From Bacteroidales bacterium (GTDB taxonomy: Bacteria; Bacteroidota; Bacteroidia; Bacteroidales; UBA4417): a stretch of DNA of 64,000 bases. The translations under genes and the position numbers were made by a program. Below the pieces are notes generated by a model that saw nothing but the letters and a program-made list of their open reading frames with translations, had not been told where the DNA came from and did not search any database. This document shows positions 26,037 to 35,753 of this stretch, one piece after another; the stretch's first letter is position 1, and the number at the start of each line of letters is the position of its first letter. The DNA is taken from positions 68,430-132,429 of the forward strand of contig JADJHD010000017.1 of the NCBI GenBank assembly GCA_016707705.1, given 5' to 3'.

Positions 26037-29000
26037 TGCATCAGCTACAAGTGGAAATCTCTATGTAAGAGGCTGGAACGCAGAATGTGGATTTGGACTG
26101 AATTCTCCGGTTTTATTCATTGTTGTTGGTTCAAGTTCTGCGGCCACTATTACCGGTCCGATAACAGCCTGCCTTGGTTCAACTTCTACTTTCTCAACCG
26201 GTACCGGACCATCAACCTATAACTGGTCGGCGTATGGTGGAACGGTTCAGGGTTCTGCAACAAATCCCACTGCTAATATTCTCTGGACACAAGCCGGAAA
26301 TGACACCGTCACACTGGTGACCACTTCCACTCTTTGTCCTTCATCCACTACAAAGAAAATTGTTACGGTCACACCCCTGCCATCAGCCTTATTCACCTAT
26401 GCTGACACCTGCAAGGGCACACCGGTGATTTTTACGGATCATTCCACAATAAGTTCAGGGACAATCACAGGCTGGAGCTGGACTTTTGGCGATGGATCAC
26501 TGCCAAATACAAGTCAGAATCCAACCCACACCTATGCCCTGGCAGGAACATATACAGTAGTTCTGACTGTTACTTCCTCACCAGGCTGCAGCAGTTCTTA
26601 TTCCCGTCAGATCCACATTGTAGCCTCCGCATCAGCTTTCGCCGGAAACAACGGAGTTACCTGTCAAAGCACAGCCTATACGGTTTCAGGTGCAACAGCT
26701 ACCAACTACAGTTCACTGCTCTGGACACACAACGGATTTGGTACATTAACAGGAGTGAACACCCTTACACCAACCTACTCACCAGGGGTTACTGAAAATG
26801 GAACCGTCATACTCACTCTTACTGCTTACGGAAATCCTCCCTGCGGTTCTGTGAGCAGCACAATGACACTCACAATCAACCCTTCAGCTGCTGCTTTTGC
26901 AGGAAACAATGCAACAATCTGCGAAGGAAGCACTTACACACTTAGCGGCTCAAACGCTTCGAACTATACCTCCCTTTCGTGGACAACCATGGGAAGCGGA
27001 AGTTTCAACAACGCCACCACTCTTCATCCTGTTTATACTCCAAGCGCTGCTGATATCGCCGCAGGTTCAGTGACTCTGAAACTCACAGCCATTTCACTCA
27101 CAGCATGTGCCAATGCAATATCACAGATGACACTTGGTATTTCAAGGCAGGTTGTTGTCGATGCAGGTCCAGCGGCAACCATGTGCCAGTCATCAACCTA
27201 CACACTCAACGGTTCGTCAGCACAATACTATACTTCACTTACCTGGACAACCACCGGAACCGGGACAATCAGCAATCCCAATATCCTTCACCCGGTTTAT
27301 GCTCCGGGTCCCAATGAAACCGGAACGATCACCTTTACATTGCAAGCTAACTCAGCTGCGCCCTGCAATAATCTGAGCGATAACATGCAACTCACCATTG
27401 AACCTTCAGCAACGGCTTCGGCGGGTAATGATGGACTGATTTGTGAAGGAAGTACATTTAGCTTAAGCACTTCAGCAGCAACCAATTACACATCTCTTTC
27501 ATGGAGTACAAGCGGAACCGGGACTTTCAGCAGTACATCGACATTGCATCCTGTTTATACTCCAAGCGCCGGCGATATTTCACTTGGACAGGTAATTCTC
27601 ACGCTGCAGGCGAACGGAATTGCACCTTGTCCGAACCCCACTTCTGCAATCACACTTCACATTTCACGGCAACCTGTTGCGGATGCTGGTCCCAATGGAG
27701 TTTTCTGCCAAAATACAACCTATACAATTTCAGGTTCTTCTGCATCCAATTATACCGGTTTGACATGGAGTCATGATGGGACCGGAAACTTCAATAATTC
27801 AACCTTCCTTCACCCGGTTTACACTCCAGGTCCTGGTGAAAGTGGAACTGTAAATTGCACACTCACCGTAAATGCTGCTCCTCCCTGTACTGATGTTATT
27901 GACTTTCTTCAATTCACAATAGATCCAACGCCTCAGGCTGATGCCGGTCCGAATGGTTTCATCTGTGAAGGTTCTGACTATACGATAACAGGTGCAACTG
28001 CTGCGAATACCACAGCCACTGGAATTCACTGGACTGAAACAGGGACCGGAAGTTTTACTGGCGCCAATACAATAAGTCCGACCTATCATCCGGGCCCCGG
28101 CGAAACCGGACAGGTTTTCATAACCCTGGTGGTTGACGGTGCGCTGAGCTGTTCAGGTTCTACAGATTCCGACGGACAAATACTTACAATTTCACCATTC
28201 CCTTCAGTTGCTGCTGGTAGCGATGCAACCATCTGCGCCGCAAACACTTATTCATTGTCGGGAAATCAGGAGAACTGCAGTCCTTATCAATGGACAAGCA
28301 CAGGCGATGGTAGTTTCAGCAATCCTAACCAGTTAAATGCCATTTACACTCCAGGTGCTTCAGATATTCTTGCGGGTGTTGTTAAGCTATACCTGACTGG
28401 TATTGGCACCGGAGCATGTTCTGCTGAAACTGTAACCGACACACTCACCCTTCACATTGACCCGATGCCGCAAGTATATGCCGGACCGGATGATGCTTTC
28501 TGTGTACTTAATCCAATCCCTGTTACAGGAGCTACAGCCGCCAACTATACCACATTAACATGGTCAGGTGGAAGTGGCTCATATGACGACCCAACATTTC
28601 TTGCTCCGGTTTATACACCAAGTGCTGCCGACCTTGCTGCCGGTTTTGTAAATCTAACGCTGAAGGCCAAGGGAGGACTGAGTTGCAGTTCCCAGATTGT
28701 GAGTGACACCAGATACTTTTCGTTAACTCCCTATCCAACAGTTAATGCAGGTCCTGATGATTTTATCTGCAGCACCCAAACCTTCTACCAGTTTAGCGGA
28801 CATGGTACCGATATCCTGCCCGGTAGTATTCATTGGACATTTTCAGGAGGAGATGGAGTATTAAACTCCGATACAATCCTTAACCCAATTTATTCCCCAG
28901 GCCCCATTGACCTTGCTACTATTGACAGGGTTATCATTTTTACCCTTACCATCGAAGGTCGTGGGAATTGTATAGGCACGGTGATTTCGGATGACATGAC

Positions 29001-32000
29001 CTTTCGGATCGACCCAACTCCTGTAAGTGACGCAGGTGCTGACGGAGAAATCTGCGGACAGCGACCATATCAGTTAAATGCAGTTGCCTTATACCAAAAT
29101 ACTATTAACTGGATTACTACCGGTGATGGAACTTTTAGCAACACTCATATTCTGAATCCAACCTATACTCCCGGCCCTAATGACGTTGGGCATTTCGTGA
29201 GACTTACCCTGGATTTGTCAGGTTGCCGCAACCTTACCGGTAATGATTATATGATGCTGAATGTGCATCCGGATCCTACGGCTGTCATCAGTGGAAGCAC
29301 AAGCATCTGTGAAGGAGTTGTAACACCAATTTCAATTGCACTCACAGGCACTCCGCCCTGGAATGTTACTATTACAAACGGAACTCAGCCAATAACAGAA
29401 ACCGGTATTCTTGTATCTCCATATGTCTTTAGTGTAAGCCCAATTATTACCAGCACCTACTGGATTCAGGCAGCAAATGACGCCTTTTGCAATGTGCCTG
29501 GTGATTCACTGCATGGACAGGCATATGTGGTAGTTTTTCCGCTACCCAATCCATTCCACATGAACGTAACAAATGGAGGCGTTTATTGTGAAGGAGATTC
29601 CGGGGTGGTTATAGGTCTTAACGGTTCTGAATCCGGGATGGAATATCAGCTATACCATAATGGCAATGCTGTAGGAAGTCCGTTCTCCGGATCAGGTCAT
29701 CCATTGGTATTTGGACTGTTCACAGCTCCCGGACAATATTCGGTGATCGGGAATAATCCACTTGGAAACTGCATGAGATCCATGAGTGATTCCGTAATCG
29801 TAATCATGAGTCCAACACCAGTTACTGATTTTCAGGCAACCACTGCTTGTAATCAGGATACAACCTACTTCACGGTCAGCGGGAACTTTATAGATAAAAT
29901 CAGTCACTGGCTGTGGGATTTTGGCGATGGCACCTACGAAACCTATAATACTCCTTACGAACCTTCCCATGTTTACCCAACCCATGGAACTTTCATAGTC
30001 ACGCTTACTGTTGAAGACACTAATAACTGTCAGTATACCATCAGTCACCCTATTGAAGTCCGACCAGATCCTACTGCATTCTTCAGTTCCGTAACTCCCA
30101 ATTGTGAAGGAGGAAATACTCAGTTTATTGAAATGAGTACCAATCCACCTAATCAGGGCTATATTCAGCGATGGGTATGGGATTTTGGAGATGGAACTCC
30201 CTTTGATACTATTAATTTCCCCAACAATACCAATCCTGTGCATTTGTATGCAGGTCCCGGGACATATTCGGTTACGCTATCCATTGAAACCAGCCATGGT
30301 TGCCGAAACAGCTATACCGGATCTGTGGTTGTTTCTACACATCCCCAGGGATGGTTCAGCGCATGGAATAACTGCCAAAATGAAATCGCCATCTTCCAGG
30401 ATCAGACCAACCTGAACGGGGGCGGACAGGTAGCCTCATGGCTCTGGACCTTTGGTGATCCCACCTCAGGAGCATTGAACACTTCCACTCTGCAGAACCC
30501 AACGCATATCTATTCCGCTGCAGGAACCTACAACGTCCTTCTCTGGGTAACCAACTTCAACGGATGCACCGATTCAATAAGCCGTGATGTAGTTGTGAAG
30601 GGAGCCCCCGATGCTGAGTTCATCAATGCCCCGGGATGTCTTACCTCTCCAACACTCTTCTGGGCCGATTCACTGTTGATTAACGTCCCGGCCACTGCAA
30701 CCTACGCATGGAACTTCGGGGATGGTGCTACTGCCTACAGCCGCAACACCCAGCATACCTACCTCGCTGCAGGAACCTATACCGTTACCCTTACCATTAC
30801 CGATACTGCCGGTTGTGAAGGTTCTGTAAGCCACGATATCACCGTTACCCCTCCGCCTGCAGCTCATTTCACCGCTTCACTCAATAACTGCCAGGGACAG
30901 GCCGTGGCCTTCACCAACCTGAGCTCTACAACGGCAGGTTACCTCAACAGCTGGAAGTGGGATTTCGGGGATGGATCGCCTGTTGTCACCATCGCTTTCC
31001 CCAATACCCCCGATGTAACCCATACCTATGCCGTTACCGGTATTTTCAATGTCACCCTCACCGTGACCAACTCTTTAGGCTGCTCGCATTCCGAGACTAT
31101 CACCCTGAACGTGTTTGGGGCACCGACCTCTGATTTCTACTCCTCTGGCCATTGCCTTGGTGATGCCGTTCATTTCACCGATATCTCCACCACCACCGCC
31201 AACCAGTCCATATCTTCATGGTCATGGACTTTTGGAGACCCCACCTCGGGAGTTTTCAACACCTCTGACCTGCAGAACCCAACCCATACCTATGCCGCTG
31301 CAGGTAACTACACGGTTAGTCTTAAAACCTATACCGCCAACGGTTGTCATGACTCTGTAGCTTACCAGCTGACCATTCTTCCTTTGCCTGTTGCCGATTT
31401 CGTGTTTGAAGCTGCCTGCCAGGGTAATCCTGCTCAGTTCAACCCTTCGGGAATGGCCCTCGGCACCATCGCCTCCTGGTTCTGGAATTTTGGGGATGGC
31501 AACACCTCAACCCTGCAGGCCCCCTCACATATCTACACCTTTGCAGGAACTTATTCAGTCACCCTTTCGGTAACCGATACTTCCGGATGCTCCCGCTCGG
31601 TTACTCATCCCCTGACTATAGTCACCCCCCCGGTAGTGAACTTTGACTTTAACTCTCCCAACTGCGATGATATGGCCGTGCAGTTCAACGACCTGTCTAC
31701 CGCCCCTGCCGGGTATATCGTGCGATGGACATGGGACTTTGGGGATGGAAACACACAAAGCATTACTTTCCCCTCTACTGCTTCTGTAAGTCATACCTAC
31801 ACTCAGGGTGGAACTTTTAATGTCTCCCTCTGGGTTAAAACCTCTGATTCCTGCTCCAGCCTGCTGAGTAAAACTCTCACCGTGCTTCCAAAACCTTCCG
31901 CAGACTTCAACCACGGATCTGCTTGCCTTGGTGCTTCCGTTTCCTTCACCGATGCCTCCCTTAGCAATACCACCGGAGGTATCACCACCTGGAACTGGAA

Positions 32001-33555
32001 TTTTGGGGATCCCACCTCGGGAACCTTTAACTCCAGCACCCTGCAGAACCCCACCCATATCTTTAATACCGCCGGAACTTATTCAGTAAAACTGAAAGTC
32101 TTTATTGCAGGCGGATGCTACGACTCCATTATCATGCCCGTAGTCGTCACGCCTCCTCCCACCGTGGACTTTTCAGCTGTAGCAGGATGCGGAGGGGATA
32201 CTACTTCCTTCACTTCCTCAGCCCTTGTGAATGTACCTGCCACTCAGAGCTGGTACTGGAGTTTTGGAGACGGTCTGTATTCTACCCTTGTGGATCCTGT
32301 GCATATCTATGCCATGGCAGGCACCTATACCGTATCGCTCACCATCACCGATACTGCTGGATGCATCAATACAAAGACCAATTCCATCACCGTTACCGCA
32401 GGACCTACCGCCAACTTCAGCTTCTCAACACCTGCCTGCTCCTCCACAGTTGTCACTTTCACCGATCTGGGCAATGCCAACGGCACCACCCTGAACCTCT
32501 GGCACTGGACTTTTGGAGACGGTTCTGATACCACCTTTACAACCTACCATCCAACGCTGACCCATACCTATTCCCAGCCCGGTACCTTTATTGTATCCCT
32601 CTCCCTGTCCACGCAGGAAGGATGCACCGCCACCGTGCAGATACCACTAAGCATATCTCCTGCTCCGCTTGCAGATTTTGACTTCACCAATACCTGCCAG
32701 GCACTGCCCACGCAGTTCACCGATCTTACCTCCCTCAACGGAGGTACCATCCTGATCAGCCATGCATGGAATTTTGGAGATCCATCCTCAGGAAGTGCAA
32801 ATACCAGCACTGCTGCCAGTCCTGTTCATACCTTTACTGCCCCGGGAACCTATACCGTCACCCTGATCACTCAGAATGCTTCGGGTTGTGCCGATACACT
32901 GGATAAGCTGGTGACCGTTGTTCCAAAGCCCGGAGTGGAGTTCTTTACCGATTCGCTCACCTGTCTGGGAAGCATGACGACCTTCTTCACCGATACCATC
33001 ATCACTCCCGTGGGAGCTGTTCAGGCTTTTAACTGGAATTTTGGTGACGGAACAGTTTCTTCTAATTTGCAGAACCCTACACATACCTATACTGTGGCCG
33101 GTACTTTCAATGTCACCCTTACCATTGCCGATACCTCCGGATGCCAGAACATCATCTCCCATCCGGTGACCATTCACAATGCCCCCTCCTCCTCCTTCAC
33201 CTTCCTTTCCGCCTGCGCCGAAGCTGCGACACAGTTCACCGATCTGAGTCTGGCACCGGCAGGAGATACCCTGGTGAGCTGGTACTGGGATTTTAACCTT
33301 GCCAGTCCGGGAACAGACACCTCTGCACTGCAGAACCCGACCCATACTTATTCTGTAGCAGGAACCTACACCGTATCACTCACCACAAAAACCGAGCACG
33401 GTTGTTCCGACACCAAAACAATGCCACTACAGGTATGGAACAAGCCCACGGCTCCATTTAAATACACCGCTTCCCCTGTGCCAACGGCTGGTGCAGTTCC
33501 AGGACTCTTCATGGAGCTACCAGGCTACCGTCACCTCCTGGAACTGGGAGTTTGA
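25828..33555 (+). CDS. Giant gene 1, fragment 2 (repeat arrays and PKD domains)
   Basis: 2575-aa ORF. The listed TTG start is not a real start, because the frame continues fragment 1 after a 1-nt shift. Homology to gene 2 is lost after 33476, where a C-run is one base shorter. Confidence 0.6.
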   Translation: MTQATINQNLMIKRTPPTPAIPSGPTPVCPGQTNVTYTVPSQISTTTYHWTLPDGTTQTTNTPSITISFSASATSGNLYVRGWNAECGFGLNSPVLFIVVGSSSAATITGPITACLGSTSTFSTGTGPSTYNWSAYGGTVQGSATNPTANILWTQAGNDTVTLVTTSTLCPSSTTKKIVTVTPLPSALFTYADTCKGTPVIFTDHSTISSGTITGWSWTFGDGSLPNTSQNPTHTYALAGTYTVVLTVTSSPGCSSSYSRQIHIVASASAFAGNNGVTCQSTAYTVSGATATNYSSLLWTHNGFGTLTGVNTLTPTYSPGVTENGTVILTLTAYGNPPCGSVSSTMTLTINPSAAAFAGNNATICEGSTYTLSGSNASNYTSLSWTTMGSGSFNNATTLHPVYTPSAADIAAGSVTLKLTAISLTACANAISQMTLGISRQVVVDAGPAATMCQSSTYTLNGSSAQYYTSLTWTTTGTGTISNPNILHPVYAPGPNETGTITFTLQANSAAPCNNLSDNMQLTIEPSATASAGNDGLICEGSTFSLSTSAATNYTSLSWSTSGTGTFSSTSTLHPVYTPSAGDISLGQVILTLQANGIAPCPNPTSAITLHISRQPVADAGPNGVFCQNTTYTISGSSASNYTGLTWSHDGTGNFNNSTFLHPVYTPGPGESGTVNCTLTVNAAPPCTDVIDFLQFTIDPTPQADAGPNGFICEGSDYTITGATAANTTATGIHWTETGTGSFTGANTISPTYHPGPGETGQVFITLVVDGALSCSGSTDSDGQILTISPFPSVAAGSDATICAANTYSLSGNQENCSPYQWTSTGDGSFSNPNQLNAIYTPGASDILAGVVKLYLTGIGTGACSAETVTDTLTLHIDPMPQVYAGPDDAFCVLNPIPVTGATAANYTTLTWSGGSGSYDDPTFLAPVYTPSAADLAAGFVNLTLKAKGGLSCSSQIVSDTRYFSLTPYPTVNAGPDDFICSTQTFYQFSGHGTDILPGSIHWTFSGGDGVLNSDTILNPIYSPGPIDLATIDRVIIFTLTIEGRGNCIGTVISDDMTFRIDPTPVSDAGADGEICGQRPYQLNAVALYQNTINWITTGDGTFSNTHILNPTYTPGPNDVGHFVRLTLDLSGCRNLTGNDYMMLNVHPDPTAVISGSTSICEGVVTPISIALTGTPPWNVTITNGTQPITETGILVSPYVFSVSPIITSTYWIQAANDAFCNVPGDSLHGQAYVVVFPLPNPFHMNVTNGGVYCEGDSGVVIGLNGSESGMEYQLYHNGNAVGSPFSGSGHPLVFGLFTAPGQYSVIGNNPLGNCMRSMSDSVIVIMSPTPVTDFQATTACNQDTTYFTVSGNFIDKISHWLWDFGDGTYETYNTPYEPSHVYPTHGTFIVTLTVEDTNNCQYTISHPIEVRPDPTAFFSSVTPNCEGGNTQFIEMSTNPPNQGYIQRWVWDFGDGTPFDTINFPNNTNPVHLYAGPGTYSVTLSIETSHGCRNSYTGSVVVSTHPQGWFSAWNNCQNEIAIFQDQTNLNGGGQVASWLWTFGDPTSGALNTSTLQNPTHIYSAAGTYNVLLWVTNFNGCTDSISRDVVVKGAPDAEFINAPGCLTSPTLFWADSLLINVPATATYAWNFGDGATAYSRNTQHTYLAAGTYTVTLTITDTAGCEGSVSHDITVTPPPAAHFTASLNNCQGQAVAFTNLSSTTAGYLNSWKWDFGDGSPVVTIAFPNTPDVTHTYAVTGIFNVTLTVTNSLGCSHSETITLNVFGAPTSDFYSSGHCLGDAVHFTDISTTTANQSISSWSWTFGDPTSGVFNTSDLQNPTHTYAAAGNYTVSLKTYTANGCHDSVAYQLTILPLPVADFVFEAACQGNPAQFNPSGMALGTIASWFWNFGDGNTSTLQAPSHIYTFAGTYSVTLSVTDTSGCSRSVTHPLTIVTPPVVNFDFNSPNCDDMAVQFNDLSTAPAGYIVRWTWDFGDGNTQSITFPSTASVSHTYTQGGTFNVSLWVKTSDSCSSLLSKTLTVLPKPSADFNHGSACLGASVSFTDASLSNTTGGITTWNWNFGDPTSGTFNSSTLQNPTHIFNTAGTYSVKLKVFIAGGCYDSIIMPVVVTPPPTVDFSAVAGCGGDTTSFTSSALVNVPATQSWYWSFGDGLYSTLVDPVHIYAMAGTYTVSLTITDTAGCINTKTNSITVTAGPTANFSFSTPACSSTVVTFTDLGNANGTTLNLWHWTFGDGSDTTFTTYHPTLTHTYSQPGTFIVSLSLSTQEGCTATVQIPLSISPAPLADFDFTNTCQALPTQFTDLTSLNGGTILISHAWNFGDPSSGSANTSTAASPVHTFTAPGTYTVTLITQNASGCADTLDKLVTVVPKPGVEFFTDSLTCLGSMTTFFTDTIITPVGAVQAFNWNFGDGTVSSNLQNPTHTYTVAGTFNVTLTIADTSGCQNIISHPVTIHNAPSSSFTFLSACAEAATQFTDLSLAPAGDTLVSWYWDFNLASPGTDTSALQNPTHTYSVAGTYTVSLTTKTEHGCSDTKTMPLQVWNKPTAPFKYTASPVPTAGAVPGLFMELPGYRHLLELGV

Positions 33556-35540
33556 ACCCTACCAGTACGGTACAGGTCAGAACCCAACCCATTCCTACTA
33601 TGCTGTGGACTCCTGTTACGATGTGAAGCTTATGATCACCGACTTGAGAGGATGCGTGGATACCCTTATTAAACCAGTCTGTGTGCCCCCTCAGCTCACT
33701 GCCACCTTCACCTACCAGCAGGCATGCTTCTCCCAGCCCATGACCTTCTCTCCCCAGCTGCTCACACCACCGCCTGCTCAGGACTCCCTGATCACCTTCA
33801 GCTGGAATTTTGGAGATCCCGCTTCAGGAAATCAGAACAACAGCACCCAGAAACATCCTTCGCATATTTATTCCGCTCCCGGATTCTATACCATCAACTT
33901 CACCACCACCGACATGTTCGGCTGCCAGGCAACGGATTACCAGTCCGTGCAGGTGCATGCTCTGCCTGTGGCTGCTTTCTCCTATGACCCGGGAAGCTGC
34001 GACAGCACACTTACCTTCACCTCGGCATCCATAGATACCGCTGCTGCCATCACCACCCTCTACTGGGACTTTGGAGATGGTACGCTGGATACCCTTTATG
34101 CTCCTGCCGTATCTGTAACCCATAAGTACTCCACCCCCGGAACCTATACCGCCACCCTTACCGTGGAGGATGCCAACGGATGCACTTCCACCGTTACCGA
34201 TTCGGTGCGCAGGGCTCCATGCATTGTGGCAGCCTACATCGCTTCCGATACCCTGCTGTGCCAGAACTACAGTCTTAACTTCTCCGACCTTTCCACCTGC
34301 AACGGTACCATCAGTCAGTGGTATGGACATGGGGAGATACCTCCCAGCCTGTATCCTACAATGTGTACCAGGCCCTAACGCCTCATACCTTCACCCAGCC
34401 CGGTACTTTCCTTGTCAAACTGAAAGTCACCACCCTGGTGGGGGGAACACCCGTTTCAGACTCCGCTTCGCGTGTGGTCACCGTGGTATCCACTCCGCTG
34501 GCAGGCTTCACCACAGAAAATCTCTGCCTGAACCAGCCTGCCCAGTTCACCGATACCTCGCAGTCCAACGGTGCCACCCTGCTTACCTACCGCTGGCTCT
34601 TTGACGATCCGCTCTCCGGTATACGACACTGCCGTGGTGCGTAATCCATCTATACCTATCCTGCTCCGGAACCTACAATCCGCAGCTGGTGCTCAACCAG
34701 GCAGGATGCCGCGATACAGCAACTACAGCAATCACCGTCTATGGTCTGCCGGCTGCTTCGTTCAACCATTCCCTCTCCTGCGTGGGACAGCCCACCCTGT
34801 TCTTTGACCATTCCGATCCGTATCTCGCCCGCTCTGTTTATGGGGATGGAGGGTATCGGACAGCCTGGACCGCTTTATCGGCACCATGCAGGAGACAGGC
34901 CTGAGTTCACCTTTGACTCGGCAGGGACCTATTACATCCGACTTACCGCTTCCAGATACCAACCAGTGTGCCGATACCCTTTCGGCTATTGTGCATACCC
35001 GTCCTTCGCCGCTCACCGCTTTCTCCTACACCGAGAACGTGGATAATGTGCAGGGACAGCTGCAGTTCTCCGATGGTTCCATCGGGGCGGCAGAATACCA
35101 CTGGGATTTTGGTAACGGGGAGATATCTCCAGCTCAATCGCCCACCATCACCTATGCTGAGGACGGCAACTACACCATTACCCTTGTGACTCTCAATGAG
35201 GACGGCTGCTCCGATACTGCAACCATGCAGTACAACATGCTCTTCAAGGGATTATGGGTGCCCAATGCCTTTGCACCGGGTGGAACATGGCAGCAGACAA
35301 GGCTCTGGAAGCCTGTGGGTGTTAACCTCGCATCCTACTCCTGCCAGGTGTACAACTCTCATGGTATGCTCATCTGGGAATCAAAGCTGCTGGATGACAA
35401 GGGCGCTCCTTCCGAATACTGGGACGGTACCTTCCAAGGATCATCCGTGCAGCAGTATGTGTGGAAGATACAGGCCATCTTCCGCGATGGTACCATCTGG
35501 GATAATAAAGATGTGGGCGAACATGAAGGTATGCATGGGG
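30387..35540 (+). repeat. Copy A of a ~5.15-kb near-identical segment shared by the two giant genes
   Basis: From cgccatcttccaggatcagaccaacctgaacggg onward the sequence matches 43856..49027 (offset 13,469 nt at the left edge), apart from scattered substitutions and short indels. Immediately upstream the paralogs are only about half identical at protein level by eye. Confidence 0.9.
33491..34378 (+). CDS. Giant gene 1, fragment 3 (PKD domains)
   Basis: QFQDSSWSYQATVTSWNWEFEPYQYG... matches gene 2 residues almost exactly until the GG/GGG difference at 34320-34321. Confidence 0.5.
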   Translation: MQFQDSSWSYQATVTSWNWEFEPYQYGTGQNPTHSYYAVDSCYDVKLMITDLRGCVDTLIKPVCVPPQLTATFTYQQACFSQPMTFSPQLLTPPPAQDSLITFSWNFGDPASGNQNNSTQKHPSHIYSAPGFYTINFTTTDMFGCQATDYQSVQVHALPVAAFSYDPGSCDSTLTFTSASIDTAAAITTLYWDFGDGTLDTLYAPAVSVTHKYSTPGTYTATLTVEDANGCTSTVTDSVRRAPCIVAAYIASDTLLCQNYSLNFSDLSTCNGTISQWYGHGEIPPSLYPTMCTRP

Positions 35541-35572
35541 AGAAATATGGAACAATAGTACTAATCAGATGA
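34886..35572 (+). CDS. Giant gene 1, last fragment (final PKD domain + T9SS type-B C-terminal sorting domain)
   Basis: From about 34954 it reads ...NQCADTLSAIVHTRPSPLTAFSY...WDFGNGEIS...LFKGLWVPNAFAPGGTWQQTRLWKPVG...YWDGTF...GTIVLIR. Confidence 0.55.
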   Translation: MQETGLSSPLTRQGPITSDLPLPDTNQCADTLSAIVHTRPSPLTAFSYTENVDNVQGQLQFSDGSIGAAEYHWDFGNGEISPAQSPTITYAEDGNYTITLVTLNEDGCSDTATMQYNMLFKGLWVPNAFAPGGTWQQTRLWKPVGVNLASYSCQVYNSHGMLIWESKLLDDKGAPSEYWDGTFQGSSVQQYVWKIQAIFRDGTIWDNKDVGEHEGMHGEKYGTIVLIR

Positions 35573-35617
35573 TTAATTCTCTGCTTAAATTCTTCGAGAC
35601 TTTAATATTTATTTTAA

Positions 35618-35655
35618 AAAGAGGGCTTAACTAACGGAGTCCTCTTTCTTTTTCT
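35618..35655 (+). terminator. Probable intrinsic terminator between the two giant genes
   Basis: Stem aaagagg (35618-35624) / cctcttt (35641-35647), extendable with G-U pairs, followed by cttttt. Confidence 0.5.
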
Positions 35656-35753
35656 TAGCATTGATACATAGAATTTTATATTTTTAGACCCTAAAAAACC
35701 CGTATCTACTTTCTTCCCTCCAACAAACTACTTTACTCAACCGATTTCATACC

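Larger units (their letters stand above)
24411..35572 (+). pseudogene. Giant T9SS type-B CTD surface protein (adhesin-like), paralog 1; reading frame broken about 12 times
   Basis: One continuous homologous coding track, colinear with 35754..49057: signal peptide, ~470-aa N-terminal module, ~10 Cys-containing 87-aa repeats, ~20 PKD domains (WxFGDG...NPTHxY...GxYxVxL) and a terminal VPNAFAPGG...WDGT...LIR type-B sorting domain. It is spread over ORFs 24411..26036, 25828..33555, 33491..34378, 34318..34644, 34689..34904 and 34886..35572 because of indels at about 25830 and between 33473 and 34953. Confidence 0.8.

Noticed and set aside
33473-34953. Programmed ribosomal frameshifting or phase variation in giant gene 1
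   Set aside because: There are too many independent shifts, in both directions, in very short runs (2-5 nt), with no slippery heptamers or downstream structures. Decay or consensus error explains them better.
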